In this document: piece by piece, positions 7,800 to 17,106 of the stretch
Numbering within the stretch: the first letter of the stretch is position 1
Layout: every line of letters begins with the position of its first letter
Source of the DNA: Oscillospiraceae bacterium
Lineage (GTDB): Bacteria; Bacillota; Clostridia; Oscillospirales; CAG-272
Assembly: GCA_015063385.1 (NCBI GenBank)
Contig: SVUG01000005.1
Coordinates: 5,043-69,042, forward strand
Length of the DNA stretch: 64,000 nt
Direction of reading: 5' to 3'
Translations under genes and position numbers: made by a program
The notes under the pieces: generated by a model
Told to the model about the DNA's origin: nothing
What the model saw: only the letters and a program-made list of their open reading frames with translations
The model's database searches: none

Positions 7800-10256
7800 T
7801 TAGATTTTGCTTTCAATAAGAGTCGCTTGCGGGATATCGCTTACGGATTCGTAATAGGTAATGAAGCTGTCTACCGCGAGGCAACCCCATTCGCTTTCAG
7901 CGTTATCTACCACTCTAATGTAAACATTTGTTCCCATAAATGCGCTTAAATCCGCCTTGAAGCAGAACATCTTACCCTCGTTGCTGTCTGCATTATCGTT
8001 GTGATATTTTGCTATTGCAACGCCGGTAGAAGCATCAACTATCTCAATATAGCACGCATCGTTATAACCGCCGCCGAGCTTAAACGTTATGAAGCCCGAG
8101 CCGCCGATAGTAAACGCGGAGCTTGTAAGAGTACCCTTTGCTTCTTCCATAAAGCCATTAACGTCCTGGATACCCGTGAAGAGATATCTGCCGTCATTAT
8201 TATACGGCTTGTTGGAATTGCCCCAGAAAACAGACTGATTGGAAATGTAGCCCATTTCGGTTTCACCGCTGGTTGTGTCAAGAGTCCAGCCTGTAAGGTC
8301 ACCGCTTTCAAAGTCGCCGTTAAGAACCTGATAAGGATTGCTTTCACCGAGAAGAACGCCCGACTTTACTGCAAGATTTGCCTTTTCGGGTACGAGAGAT
8401 GCGTCCTTATAGTAAGTGACGAAGCTGTCTGCCGTGATAAGACCCCAGTTGCTCTCCGAGTTATCTACAATGCGAATCTTAACGCTTCTTCCCATAAATT
8501 CGGAGAGGTCAGCCTTGTACCAAACCATGTTTGCAAGATTGCTTCCGCCGGTAATCATTCCGGTATTGATTACGCCTGTGCCCTTGTCACTGAAGAGAAC
8601 GTTTGCATAACGCACAAGCTCATCACCGCTTTCGGCATCAATTATAGAGACGTAGCACTCATGGGGGTTGCCGCCGCCGCCGAGCATATAAGTAATATAT
8701 CCCGAGCCGCCAACGGTAAACGGAGAGCTGGTCAAGCTACCCTTACCTGCTTCGTTGGAAATACCGGAGAACAGATGTCCGCCCTTCTTGTTGTAGGGGA
8801 AGTTTTCTGCCCACCAACCGGAAGCACTCGTCACCTCACCTATCTGACCTTCCATCGTCCAGCCGGTCAAATCGCCGGTTTCAAATCCGCCGTTTTTAAC
8901 CTGATATTCGCTCTCGGGCATAATATCCGACTCGTATTTAGCGAAGAAGGACTCACTGTCTATCCACAAGGGCTTTTCTTTCCAATAGGTCTTAACGCTG
9001 TCCAGAGTAATACAGCCGAGCTCGTCAGCAGAGGAGTTGTTATCCACAACCTCGATATACATCGTTTCACCGATGTACTTAGAGAGGTCTGCATAATACT
9101 GAACCATATTGAGAAGTCGCATACCGTTCTGAACGTAGGGGAACTGATAGTTCCAATACTTGAAGTTGGAATATCTCGCAACCTCTATGTCGCCTTCGGC
9201 ACGCTTTACCATAAATCTAAGGTAGGTCGTGGTGTTATCTGAGCATCCGCCAAGCTTATAGCTTACATAACCGGAGCCGCCAAGAACGAACTCTGACGAG
9301 CGCATAACGCCCGTTGCAGAGGGCATATATTTGCCGTAATGATAATCTCCGTCGCGGGAATAGGGGATATTTTCATTCCACCAAACGCTCTCGGTGTTCA
9401 CGCCCTCGTTGGAAAAGGCGTCACCCTCTACTACCGTCCAGCCCGCAAGAGAACCAAGCTCAAAGCCGCCGTTTTTGATTTCGTTAACCGACGGAGCAGT
9501 AGCATCGGTTGCATAGTCGATTACCTTCGTAAAGAAAGCGCCCTCGGTCTGTGACGAAGCGTCTGCACCTATCTTTATATCGTCTACCGCGATATAGCCG
9601 TAGTAATGACTCTCGTCGTTATCTACTATTCTGATGTAAATTTCCTGGTTTTTATATTCCGACAAGTCTACGGTGTACTCGCAGAAATTATCGGTATTGT
9701 ATACGCCTGAGGCGTATCTGTCGGGCATTACGTAGCTCTCGGTATGCTCGTGGAAATATTCGTTGGTCTGCATTGCTACAAGCTTATCGTTTTCAGCAAG
9801 ATAGAAACCAACGAAGCAGAGCCTTTCCTTTGCCTTTTCGGGTGCACCCTGGCCCTTGCCAACGGTCAGCGCACCGCCCGCAAGCTTCAAGCTAATCGTG
9901 CCGTCCTCGGGAACGGGGAAAACGCCGGAGCGAATAGCACCCGTTCTTGCGCCCGAATACTTACCGTGAAATCCCTTGCCGGTAAGATACCAGTTGCCCG
10001 TCTGATTGATTGACAAAACGTTGTTGTTTGCGTCATCTGCGAACATAAAGCTCTTTTGCGAGGAAACGCAATCATCATCAAATGCATCGCCGTATTCAAT
10101 CGTCCAGCCTGACAGGTCGGCGGATTCAAATCCACCGTTTATCAGGGTTTTAGCCTGATTTTTATCGTTATTATTTTTGTTTTTACAGCCTGAGAGGCCG
10201 ACACACGTAAGTATTACGCATAAAATACTTAAAACCGCTATTATTTTTTTACGCAT
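7800..10256 (-). CDS. cell-surface lipoprotein made of four tandem CBM4_9-like beta-sandwich modules (putative fructan-binding protein)
   Basis: The track ORF is 7800..10277. Start moved to ATG 10256 (AGGAAGGAGG upstream), which removes the apparent 8-nt overlap with the upstream gene. Lipobox LSGC. Four roughly 190-aa modules each open NGGFE..DL[ST]GWT and end VDN....WG....D.F.TYY. Confidence 0.85.
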   Translation of the reverse strand: MRKKIIAVLSILCVILTCVGLSGCKNKNNNDKNQAKTLINGGFESADLSGWTIEYGDAFDDDCVSSQKSFMFADDANNNVLSINQTGNWYLTGKGFHGKYSGARTGAIRSGVFPVPEDGTISLKLAGGALTVGKGQGAPEKAKERLCFVGFYLAENDKLVAMQTNEYFHEHTESYVMPDRYASGVYNTDNFCEYTVDLSEYKNQEIYIRIVDNDESHYYGYIAVDDIKIGADASSQTEGAFFTKVIDYATDATAPSVNEIKNGGFELGSLAGWTVVEGDAFSNEGVNTESVWWNENIPYSRDGDYHYGKYMPSATGVMRSSEFVLGGSGYVSYKLGGCSDNTTTYLRFMVKRAEGDIEVARYSNFKYWNYQFPYVQNGMRLLNMVQYYADLSKYIGETMYIEVVDNNSSADELGCITLDSVKTYWKEKPLWIDSESFFAKYESDIMPESEYQVKNGGFETGDLTGWTMEGQIGEVTSASGWWAENFPYNKKGGHLFSGISNEAGKGSLTSSPFTVGGSGYITYMLGGGGNPHECYVSIIDAESGDELVRYANVLFSDKGTGVINTGMITGGSNLANMVWYKADLSEFMGRSVKIRIVDNSESNWGLITADSFVTYYKDASLVPEKANLAVKSGVLLGESNPYQVLNGDFESGDLTGWTLDTTSGETEMGYISNQSVFWGNSNKPYNNDGRYLFTGIQDVNGFMEEAKGTLTSSAFTIGGSGFITFKLGGGYNDACYIEIVDASTGVAIAKYHNDNADSNEGKMFCFKADLSAFMGTNVYIRVVDNAESEWGCLAVDSFITYYESVSDIPQATLIESKI

Positions 10257-10269
10257 ATAAGCCTCCTTC

Positions 10270-12780
10270 CTATTCACCTAAATTTCCCATATTACCGTAG
10301 TAGGGGGGTGTCACGACGTCGCTGTAGGCACTGCCCATACGGTAAACGGTAAACTCGGTAAATTTAACGTTTGCACCGTTATCGAAAACTTTTATGTAGT
10401 CTGAGTTCCCGTATTTGGGATAAATTCTCATCGTGAAGCTGATAACTCCGTCGACGTAGACCTCAAGCATTGAACGGTCTAAGAGTATCGTTATTTCATA
10501 CTCGTTTTTAACTCGTCCCCAGTTGTGACTTGGCTGACGTTCAACGTAGTCGAGCAGCGAGGACTGAATTCTCTCTACAAGAACGCCGTTGTTGTTGAAT
10601 ATAATTTCAGTTTTCTCGGTCTTGCCGTCAACAACGTTTTGGTTGTATCTGAGGAGAATGCCCGCAGCGTATTCGGGGCTGGTGGGGTCGAGCTCTATCT
10701 TTGCTCTGATTTCCAGCATATCGCCGCGAATATTTGAAATAGCACTGTTAATTTCATCTGCGGTTTTACCTGCGCCGGTGTAATTATACAGAGTTTCCGT
10801 TCTCAAGCTCTCTATCTCCTTAATCGGCTCACGAATAACCTCGGTGCCGTCGTCGGAGAGCCAGAGCTCAAGAGGAATTGCAAAGTTATGCGCCCAGCCC
10901 GCAGTAGCGTTCTGCGCAGTACCTGCGTCCTTGCCCTGTGCGATAGCGTAAATAATAGTTCTGCCGTCCTCGTAGCTCTTGCCCGCAGCAATTTCCTCCT
11001 CGGTCAAGAAGCAGAATCCGTTCTGACCTGTGTATACGCCTCTGCCGAGGTCAAAGAGCTTGGGCTGGTCGTCGTCTGCGATAAATCTGCAGGTATTCTT
11101 ATCAAACTCGCCTATCCAGTAATAGCACTCTACGGTATATCCGGGTGTTGTATACTGGGGACAGTCGAAGAGAATATATTTAGTCTTGGAACCGTCCTTG
11201 GTGCTGATGGGGAGCATTACTACGCACTCCCAGTGAGCACCCTGCTCGGGATATTTGTTGTAATCACACTGATAGAGATAGCCGCGGTGATCCCATTCTC
11301 TCATATTTTCGGAGGTGTATATAACCGCCGAGCCGCCTGCGTCGGGAACGGAGGTGGAAACCATCATATAATAGGTTCCGTCATCGTACCATACGAACGG
11401 GTCACGGAACTGCTCGCGCTCGCCCTGAGAGTTATCGTTGGGCTGAGTGATAACGAGCTTATCCTCGACTACCCATTCGGAAAGATAGGGGTCGTTTGGA
11501 TCCTTTGCGTGTGCAAAGGCAACGTTCTGTCCGCCGTGGTTGCCGTTGCCGTACAAATTCGTACCTGCCGTAATAGCAAGCCAGGGAGTGCCGTCAGGGC
11601 CTATGCAAGCACCGCCCGTCCAGATGCCCTCGGGACAAATACCCGCGGTGGGGACAACGGCGTCCTTGACGTACTTCCAGTGAATCATATCCTCGCTTAC
11701 TATATGTCCCCAGCGTATCTGTGACCAATAAGGTCCTGCGGGGTTGTGCTGATAGAATACGTGGTACATACCCTTGTAGTAGAAGGGAGAATGAGGCTCG
11801 TTCATCCATACCGCAGGGGGTATAGCATGATACTGGGGACGGTATCGGTCTCCCTCGTATACCGAGGAATCGAGTGCTATATCCTTCCAGTCAAGCTTGG
11901 GATGCTCCTCCGAGGAGTCGGTATCGTTATAAATACCGTCGATTTCCTTGGGTGTCAAGGCAGAGGCATAAATTTTAACCTCGTCAAGAAGGCCCGAAAT
12001 CATCTGTCTTTTAATACCGAACTCAATCTGAGGGTTAACGTAAGCGCCTATACGAAGAGGCTCCTCGGTGCTTATTATAGTAGTTGCAACAAGCTCGGGG
12101 ATAAGCGCCTCATACGCCTTTTCTCCGTTGTAGAAGAGTGCTACGTATCCCGTTTTGCCATCGAAGGCAACAGCAACGTGCGACCACTCGTAGAGCGGAA
12201 GCGCGTTAATCGGGTCGTAGAAGCCAACTACGAAATCCTCACCTGTTTCATCGTTATGTAATGCAAGCTGAACACCCCAGAGGCCGAGTCTTCCGTAGCC
12301 GAGGAGGAAGCCCTCTCCCGCCTGGATATCACCCTTATTGATGATTGCGGTCATACGGGGATGTCCCTCAGCGTCGCTTCCGCCGTCGTAATTAACTATG
12401 TTCTCAAATACTCTGGGAGCTACCCAGGCAGACATAGTTATTGCCGAGGTGGGAGCCTTGAAGTCCTTGTTTACTATACTGTTTGAAAATCCGTCCATGT
12501 ATAAGGCGTTGCCCTTTACACCCGGTCTTTTCAACGGATCGTTCGGTTCTTTGAAAAGATTACTTGCGTTTGATTCGTTAAATACGTAATTTATCGTATA
12601 ATCCTTTCCGCTGACCGCTTCCTTTGCAAGACTGCCGCCGGCTTCATCAAGCGAATAGTGAAGCACGAGGCCGCCCTTGTCGCCTTCGCCTGAGCCGGAG
12701 TTGTTTTTCTTGCACCCCGCGGCTGCAAAGGTCAGCAGAACCAAAGCCGTAAATAATGCTATATATCTGATAAATTTCAT
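10270..12780 (-). CDS. lipoprotein GH32 fructanase with N-terminal LamG-like domain (nucleophile block WMNEP)
   Basis: 836 aa with lipobox AAGC. LamG_3-like GNALYMDG...LDEVKIYASALTPKEI. GH32 blocks VWMNEPHSP, FRDPFVW and HWECVVM. Confidence 0.9.
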   Translation of the reverse strand: MKFIRYIALFTALVLLTFAAAGCKKNNSGSGEGDKGGLVLHYSLDEAGGSLAKEAVSGKDYTINYVFNESNASNLFKEPNDPLKRPGVKGNALYMDGFSNSIVNKDFKAPTSAITMSAWVAPRVFENIVNYDGGSDAEGHPRMTAIINKGDIQAGEGFLLGYGRLGLWGVQLALHNDETGEDFVVGFYDPINALPLYEWSHVAVAFDGKTGYVALFYNGEKAYEALIPELVATTIISTEEPLRIGAYVNPQIEFGIKRQMISGLLDEVKIYASALTPKEIDGIYNDTDSSEEHPKLDWKDIALDSSVYEGDRYRPQYHAIPPAVWMNEPHSPFYYKGMYHVFYQHNPAGPYWSQIRWGHIVSEDMIHWKYVKDAVVPTAGICPEGIWTGGACIGPDGTPWLAITAGTNLYGNGNHGGQNVAFAHAKDPNDPYLSEWVVEDKLVITQPNDNSQGEREQFRDPFVWYDDGTYYMMVSTSVPDAGGSAVIYTSENMREWDHRGYLYQCDYNKYPEQGAHWECVVMLPISTKDGSKTKYILFDCPQYTTPGYTVECYYWIGEFDKNTCRFIADDDQPKLFDLGRGVYTGQNGFCFLTEEEIAAGKSYEDGRTIIYAIAQGKDAGTAQNATAGWAHNFAIPLELWLSDDGTEVIREPIKEIESLRTETLYNYTGAGKTADEINSAISNIRGDMLEIRAKIELDPTSPEYAAGILLRYNQNVVDGKTEKTEIIFNNNGVLVERIQSSLLDYVERQPSHNWGRVKNEYEITILLDRSMLEVYVDGVISFTMRIYPKYGNSDYIKVFDNGANVKFTEFTVYRMGSAYSDVVTPPYYGNMGNLGE

Positions 12781-12786
12781 AAAACC

Positions 12787-13704
12787 TCACATTTTCAGGC
12801 CGGCAGTGCCAAAGCCCTTTACAATGTATTTTTGTGCCGCAACGTAAATTACGAAAATAGGTATACTGGTAATTACCAGCGAAGCCATGATTTCACCGGT
12901 AGTTATACCCTCTATGCTCTTGATAGAGATAAGCGCCGTCTGTATGGGTAATAGCGGCCAGGAGCCATCGTTGGCAGCCGGCAGTATCATCGAGGGCCAG
13001 AGGTAATCGTTCCAAACGCCAATAAAGCAGAATACTGCTACCGTTGCGAGTATGGGCTTGGAAAGAGGCATTATAACCTTGAAAAATACCCCGAGTGTGT
13101 TTGCACCGTCAATGCGTGCAGCTTCTTCATATTCCTTGGGAATATTCTGGAAAAACTGCATGAACAGGAAAACGTTGAATATGCTTATCGCTGCGGGTAA
13201 TATTACGCCTAAAACAGACATCTGCTGCTTTAACCCGAGCATTATTTTAACTATCGAATAAAGAGGTATAATCGACGTTTCCACCGGTACGACTATTAAG
13301 AAAATAATTAAGAACGAAAGCATTCTTTTGCCCGGGAAGGTAAGCTTTGCCATAACGTATCCTGCAAGTCCGTTTATCAGTATATTGAGTACTATAACGA
13401 TTCCCGCATATACGAAGCTGTTTAAAGCATATTTCCAAATGTCGTAATTAAGTAAAACGTTTTTATAATTTTCAAACGCAACCGCCGAATTTGCAAAGTC
13501 GGGCAGGAACATATTGATAGTTCCTATGCTGCTTGCATATGCAAACTCACTTTTGGTGGAGGTGGCGAGCATATACAATATAGGGAGTACGAATATCAGG
13601 GATAATATTATTCCGACAATATGATAAACGATTTCTTTAACCGTTTTCTTGACGGGCGTTTTATTAGGCCTGAAGTTAGGCATATCCATTAAACGCTTAT
13701 CCAT
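12787..13704 (-). CDS. carbohydrate ABC transporter permease (MalG-like)
   Basis: 305 aa, 6 predicted TM segments, EAA loop EEAARIDGANTLGVFFKVIMP. Confidence 0.9.
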   Translation of the reverse strand: MDKRLMDMPNFRPNKTPVKKTVKEIVYHIVGIILSLIFVLPILYMLATSTKSEFAYASSIGTINMFLPDFANSAVAFENYKNVLLNYDIWKYALNSFVYAGIVIVLNILINGLAGYVMAKLTFPGKRMLSFLIIFLIVVPVETSIIPLYSIVKIMLGLKQQMSVLGVILPAAISIFNVFLFMQFFQNIPKEYEEAARIDGANTLGVFFKVIMPLSKPILATVAVFCFIGVWNDYLWPSMILPAANDGSWPLLPIQTALISIKSIEGITTGEIMASLVITSIPIFVIYVAAQKYIVKGFGTAGLKM

Positions 13705-13705
13705 A

Positions 13706-14680
13706 TCACTTATCCTCCCTGAAAATTCTACGCTGTATAAAGGTTATGCCGCCTATGAATATGGTCATAAGCAGGGCTACTGCCGAAGAATAGCCTACCC
13801 AGCGCTCAGTATAACCCTTGTTATACATATAGTAAGACAGGGTGACCGTGTGATCCATGTATCCCGTCATAAGCATTGGCTGAGTTAAAATTCTGCAAGC
13901 ACCGATAAACACGGTTATGAGTATGTAAACGAAGGTAGAACGAAGTCCCACCCAGGTGACAAGCCAGAATTTGCCCCACCAATTCGCGCCGTCAAGAGCA
14001 GCCGCCTCGTAAAGATCCTTTCGGATATTGGAAAGACCCGAGAGGAAAATCAGCATCTGATAGCCGCAGCCCTGCCAAGCGCTGAGCACTATGATGCAAG
14101 GCATTGCGGTTGCGGGGTCGCGTAGCCAATCGTGCGGCGGCACGCCGAACACGCCAAGCATCGAGTTTAAAAGTCCCGACTCGCTGGGCGCTAAAATCTG
14201 TTCCCACAGGAACGCCGTAATCGAAAGCGAGATAACCACGGGAGCAAAGAAGCAAACCTTGAAAATCTTACTGCCAAAGCACTTGCGGTTTACAAAGAGC
14301 GCAAGCAACAGCGCAAGTCCTATCTGCAGAGGAACGACACCAACCACGAAGGTAGCGGTGTTTTTTATTGCATGATAAAGCGTTCCCTTCGTAGCAAGCT
14401 CGTTGAAGAAGGCAACGAAATTGTCAAGCTCGACAAATTCGATATCGTTGGGTCTGAGCAAATAATAGTCGGTAAATGCATAGCCAAGTGAATATAAAAT
14501 AGGTAATAATATAAACAAAAAGGCAAGTGCTACCGCCGGTAAAAGCATCAGATACGCCGTCAGTGAAGATTTTACGTGATAAACTTCCTTACGCCTCTTT
14601 GCAGTGGCTAGGTCGTAAGCGACGAAGCCACCGAAAGCGCATAAGAATAATACAAAAATTATTATTGAGGTTTGAAGCAT
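13706..14680 (-). CDS. carbohydrate ABC transporter permease (MalF-like)
   Basis: 324 aa, EAA loop YEAAALDGANWWGKFW. One nt separates it from the next permease. Confidence 0.9.
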   Translation of the reverse strand: MLQTSIIIFVLFLCAFGGFVAYDLATAKRRKEVYHVKSSLTAYLMLLPAVALAFLFILLPILYSLGYAFTDYYLLRPNDIEFVELDNFVAFFNELATKGTLYHAIKNTATFVVGVVPLQIGLALLLALFVNRKCFGSKIFKVCFFAPVVISLSITAFLWEQILAPSESGLLNSMLGVFGVPPHDWLRDPATAMPCIIVLSAWQGCGYQMLIFLSGLSNIRKDLYEAAALDGANWWGKFWLVTWVGLRSTFVYILITVFIGACRILTQPMLMTGYMDHTVTLSYYMYNKGYTERWVGYSSAVALLMTIFIGGITFIQRRIFREDK

Positions 14681-14710
14681 TTTTCTTTGACCTCTTTGGA
14701 GTTTAAAATA

Positions 14711-16027
14711 TTATTTGAGATTTTTAAGTCTGTCCATTTCGGTTTGAAGAGTGTTCGTTGCTGAATTCAAGAGAGGCTGCACCTCGCTGTTGCCAAGACC
14801 TGCGATTATCTGGTTGAAGGTCAGGGAGAAGGTAGGATATGCAACGGTGACGGGACGCTCCTTGCCGCTATTCTCAAGCTGCTTAAGAAGAGTGTACTCG
14901 GGCGAGCCAGATGCGTAATCCTTAACTGCATCCTTGCGTGCGGGAATCATACCGGTTGCGTCGGTGATAGCTCTGGAGCTTTCTGCCGAGGTCATCCACT
15001 TAAGAAGCTCAAGGGTTGCAGTCTTGTCTTCGTGGTGATTGTTGGTGATTGCGTAAGACCAGCTACCCGTTGCGCTTGCAGCTACCGTACCCTTGGGATA
15101 AGGAAGAAGTCCCCAATCATCGCGAGAGGAGAAATACTCTCTGTACTGGTTATCGAGGTCAGGAATGGTCCAACCGGAAGAAAGGTACATACCAACCTTG
15201 CCTGTGAAGAAATCGGTATTACCGATAGCGTAAGAGGTATATCCATTCTTAATCAAGTTTTTAATAAACTGGAAGCCGGCTGCGGTTTCCGCAGAGTTAT
15301 AATAGCCGTTTGCGGTATAGCCGTCGTCCGAAACGAAGCTGCCGCCTGCTGCGTAAATGAAGGGGTAAAGAAGATAAGGAGCTGTTTCGTCCATGGTTGC
15401 GTCAAGACGCATATCAACTGCGGTGATACCGCGGGATTTAAGCTGAGCACATACAGCCTCGAACTGCTCAAAGGTCCAGGGGTTGTCAGCGCTGTAAGCA
15501 CTAACGTCTATGCCTATATCACGGAAAATCTTCTTGTTATAATAGAAGCCTGCGCTGGATTCCTGAATGGGAAGACCGTAGAGCTTACCCTGGTACTTGT
15601 TGAGCGAATAGAACTTATCCTGCTCTTCCTTGGAGATAAGGTTGCTGATGTCGTAAAGTAAACCTGACTTTGCATAAGCCGCGGTATTGGGTGCGTCAAA
15701 GGTAATGATGTCGGGAAGAGTGCCCTCAATCTGCTTTGCCTGAAGCTCGGTTTCATAGCCCGATGCACCTGCGCTACGCGCCTGGAAAATGGCGGTTGCC
15801 TTGATTTTCTTGTCCTTGTATGCAGCGTTGAATGCATCAATTCTCATCTGATAAGCCTTAGCCTCAGTCGAGGACTTGTCAACGTGGAACATAATTTTTA
15901 CGATAGTGTTGCCCTCTGCATCGGTTTCGCCGTCTCCGTTGCCGCCTCCGCCAAAGCAAGCGGTCATGCCAAGCAATGATGCAACTACGAGCATCATTGC
16001 AATAATTGAAGTCCAAATCTTTTTCAT
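14711..16027 (-). CDS. sugar ABC transporter substrate-binding lipoprotein
   Basis: 438 aa. Signal plus lipobox LGMTAC followed by a G-rich linker. GGAGGAA RBS. Family-1 solute-binding protein-like composition. Confidence 0.85.
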   Translation of the reverse strand: MKKIWTSIIAMMLVVASLLGMTACFGGGGNGDGETDAEGNTIVKIMFHVDKSSTEAKAYQMRIDAFNAAYKDKKIKATAIFQARSAGASGYETELQAKQIEGTLPDIITFDAPNTAAYAKSGLLYDISNLISKEEQDKFYSLNKYQGKLYGLPIQESSAGFYYNKKIFRDIGIDVSAYSADNPWTFEQFEAVCAQLKSRGITAVDMRLDATMDETAPYLLYPFIYAAGGSFVSDDGYTANGYYNSAETAAGFQFIKNLIKNGYTSYAIGNTDFFTGKVGMYLSSGWTIPDLDNQYREYFSSRDDWGLLPYPKGTVAASATGSWSYAITNNHHEDKTATLELLKWMTSAESSRAITDATGMIPARKDAVKDYASGSPEYTLLKQLENSGKERPVTVAYPTFSLTFNQIIAGLGNSEVQPLLNSATNTLQTEMDRLKNLK

Positions 16028-16071
16028 AATTTCCTCCTTATATACAGCCTGCGGCTGTTTTTATTTTTTTA

Positions 16072-17040
16072 TTATTTAGTGGTTGTGCCAAGCACGAATT
16101 TGGTTTTAAGAACTGTTCTCTGGCAGGTTTCTTCACCGTGAATTTTTTTCACGAGCAATCTCACCGCCTGCCTTGCCATTTCCTCAATGGGCTGCTCAAC
16201 ACTCGTCATGTTGCTCATGCTCCATTGCTTAAAAATGCCGTCGTATGAAACTATTTGCAAATCGTCGGGTATTTTCTTGCCCTGCTCCAGCGCCGCCTCA
16301 TAGAAAACCTGAGATAGCGTATATCCTGAAACAAAGACTCCGTCAACGTCCGGGTGCTTTTCAATAAAGTCTGCGGCTACAAGCGCTTCTTCTCCGTGCT
16401 GCATAACCTCGTTTACCATGCGAAGCGGCATATCATGCTCCGCCATAACGTCAACGTAGGCGCGTTCTCTCTCCATGACCTCTGATGCGACAAGAGGCTT
16501 TGAGCCTATAAAGCCAACTCTTTTAGCACCGCGCTCTATCATATACTTTATCGCTTTTTTGGTGGCATCATAATTGTCACTTGTGACGTAAGGTATATTT
16601 TCGCCAAACGCTCTGTCTATGGAAACAATCGGACATTTTTTCAAATCTTCCTCATCATGCATATAGTGGGTGACGAAAACTGCTCCGTCAACCTCTCTGT
16701 GCGTGATTTTCGTTATAATTTCAGCTTCCTTATCAACCTTTTGCTGTGAGGATACCAAAATTACCGAATATCCAAACTTGCCTGCCTCGTCCTCGACGTA
16801 ATATGCAAGCTTTGCAAAAAACGGGTGGTTTATAATAGGCACTAACAAAGCAATTATGCGAGTTTCATTTTTCCTCAATCGAAAAGCCATATTGTTTCGA
16901 GAATAATTAAGAGCCTTCATAGCCTCTATAACCTTTTGCCTGGTTTTTTCGCTTACCGACTTTTCGTTATTGATAACTCTTGAAACAGTACCTACTCCTA
17001 CTCCTGCATACTTTGCTATATCTATAATTGTTGCTTCCAT
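16072..17040 (-). CDS. LacI-family transcriptional regulator
   Basis: N-terminal HTH ATIIDIAKYAGVGVGTVSRVINNEKSVSEKTRQKV plus a sugar-binding fold. Start set at ATG 17040 (GGGAGGTG 5 nt upstream); the track ORF starts at 17055. Confidence 0.9.
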   Translation of the reverse strand: MEATIIDIAKYAGVGVGTVSRVINNEKSVSEKTRQKVIEAMKALNYSRNNMAFRLRKNETRIIALLVPIINHPFFAKLAYYVEDEAGKFGYSVILVSSQQKVDKEAEIITKITHREVDGAVFVTHYMHDEEDLKKCPIVSIDRAFGENIPYVTSDNYDATKKAIKYMIERGAKRVGFIGSKPLVASEVMERERAYVDVMAEHDMPLRMVNEVMQHGEEALVAADFIEKHPDVDGVFVSGYTLSQVFYEAALEQGKKIPDDLQIVSYDGIFKQWSMSNMTSVEQPIEEMARQAVRLLVKKIHGEETCQRTVLKTKFVLGTTTK

Positions 17041-17106
17041 TTTTTCACCTCCCAATTAAATCACCTCCTCGCGCCGATTAGCGCGGAAAACGAAATAAAA
17101 TGGGTT

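Noticed and set aside
10257-10277. Apparent gene overlaps that could suggest frameshifts or fusions: 7800..10277 versus 10270..12780, and 20651..21577 versus 21558..22883.
   Set aside because: Internal starts with much better RBSs (ATG 10256 after AGGAAGGAGG; TTG 21556 after GGAGG) remove both overlaps and give canonical N-termini.
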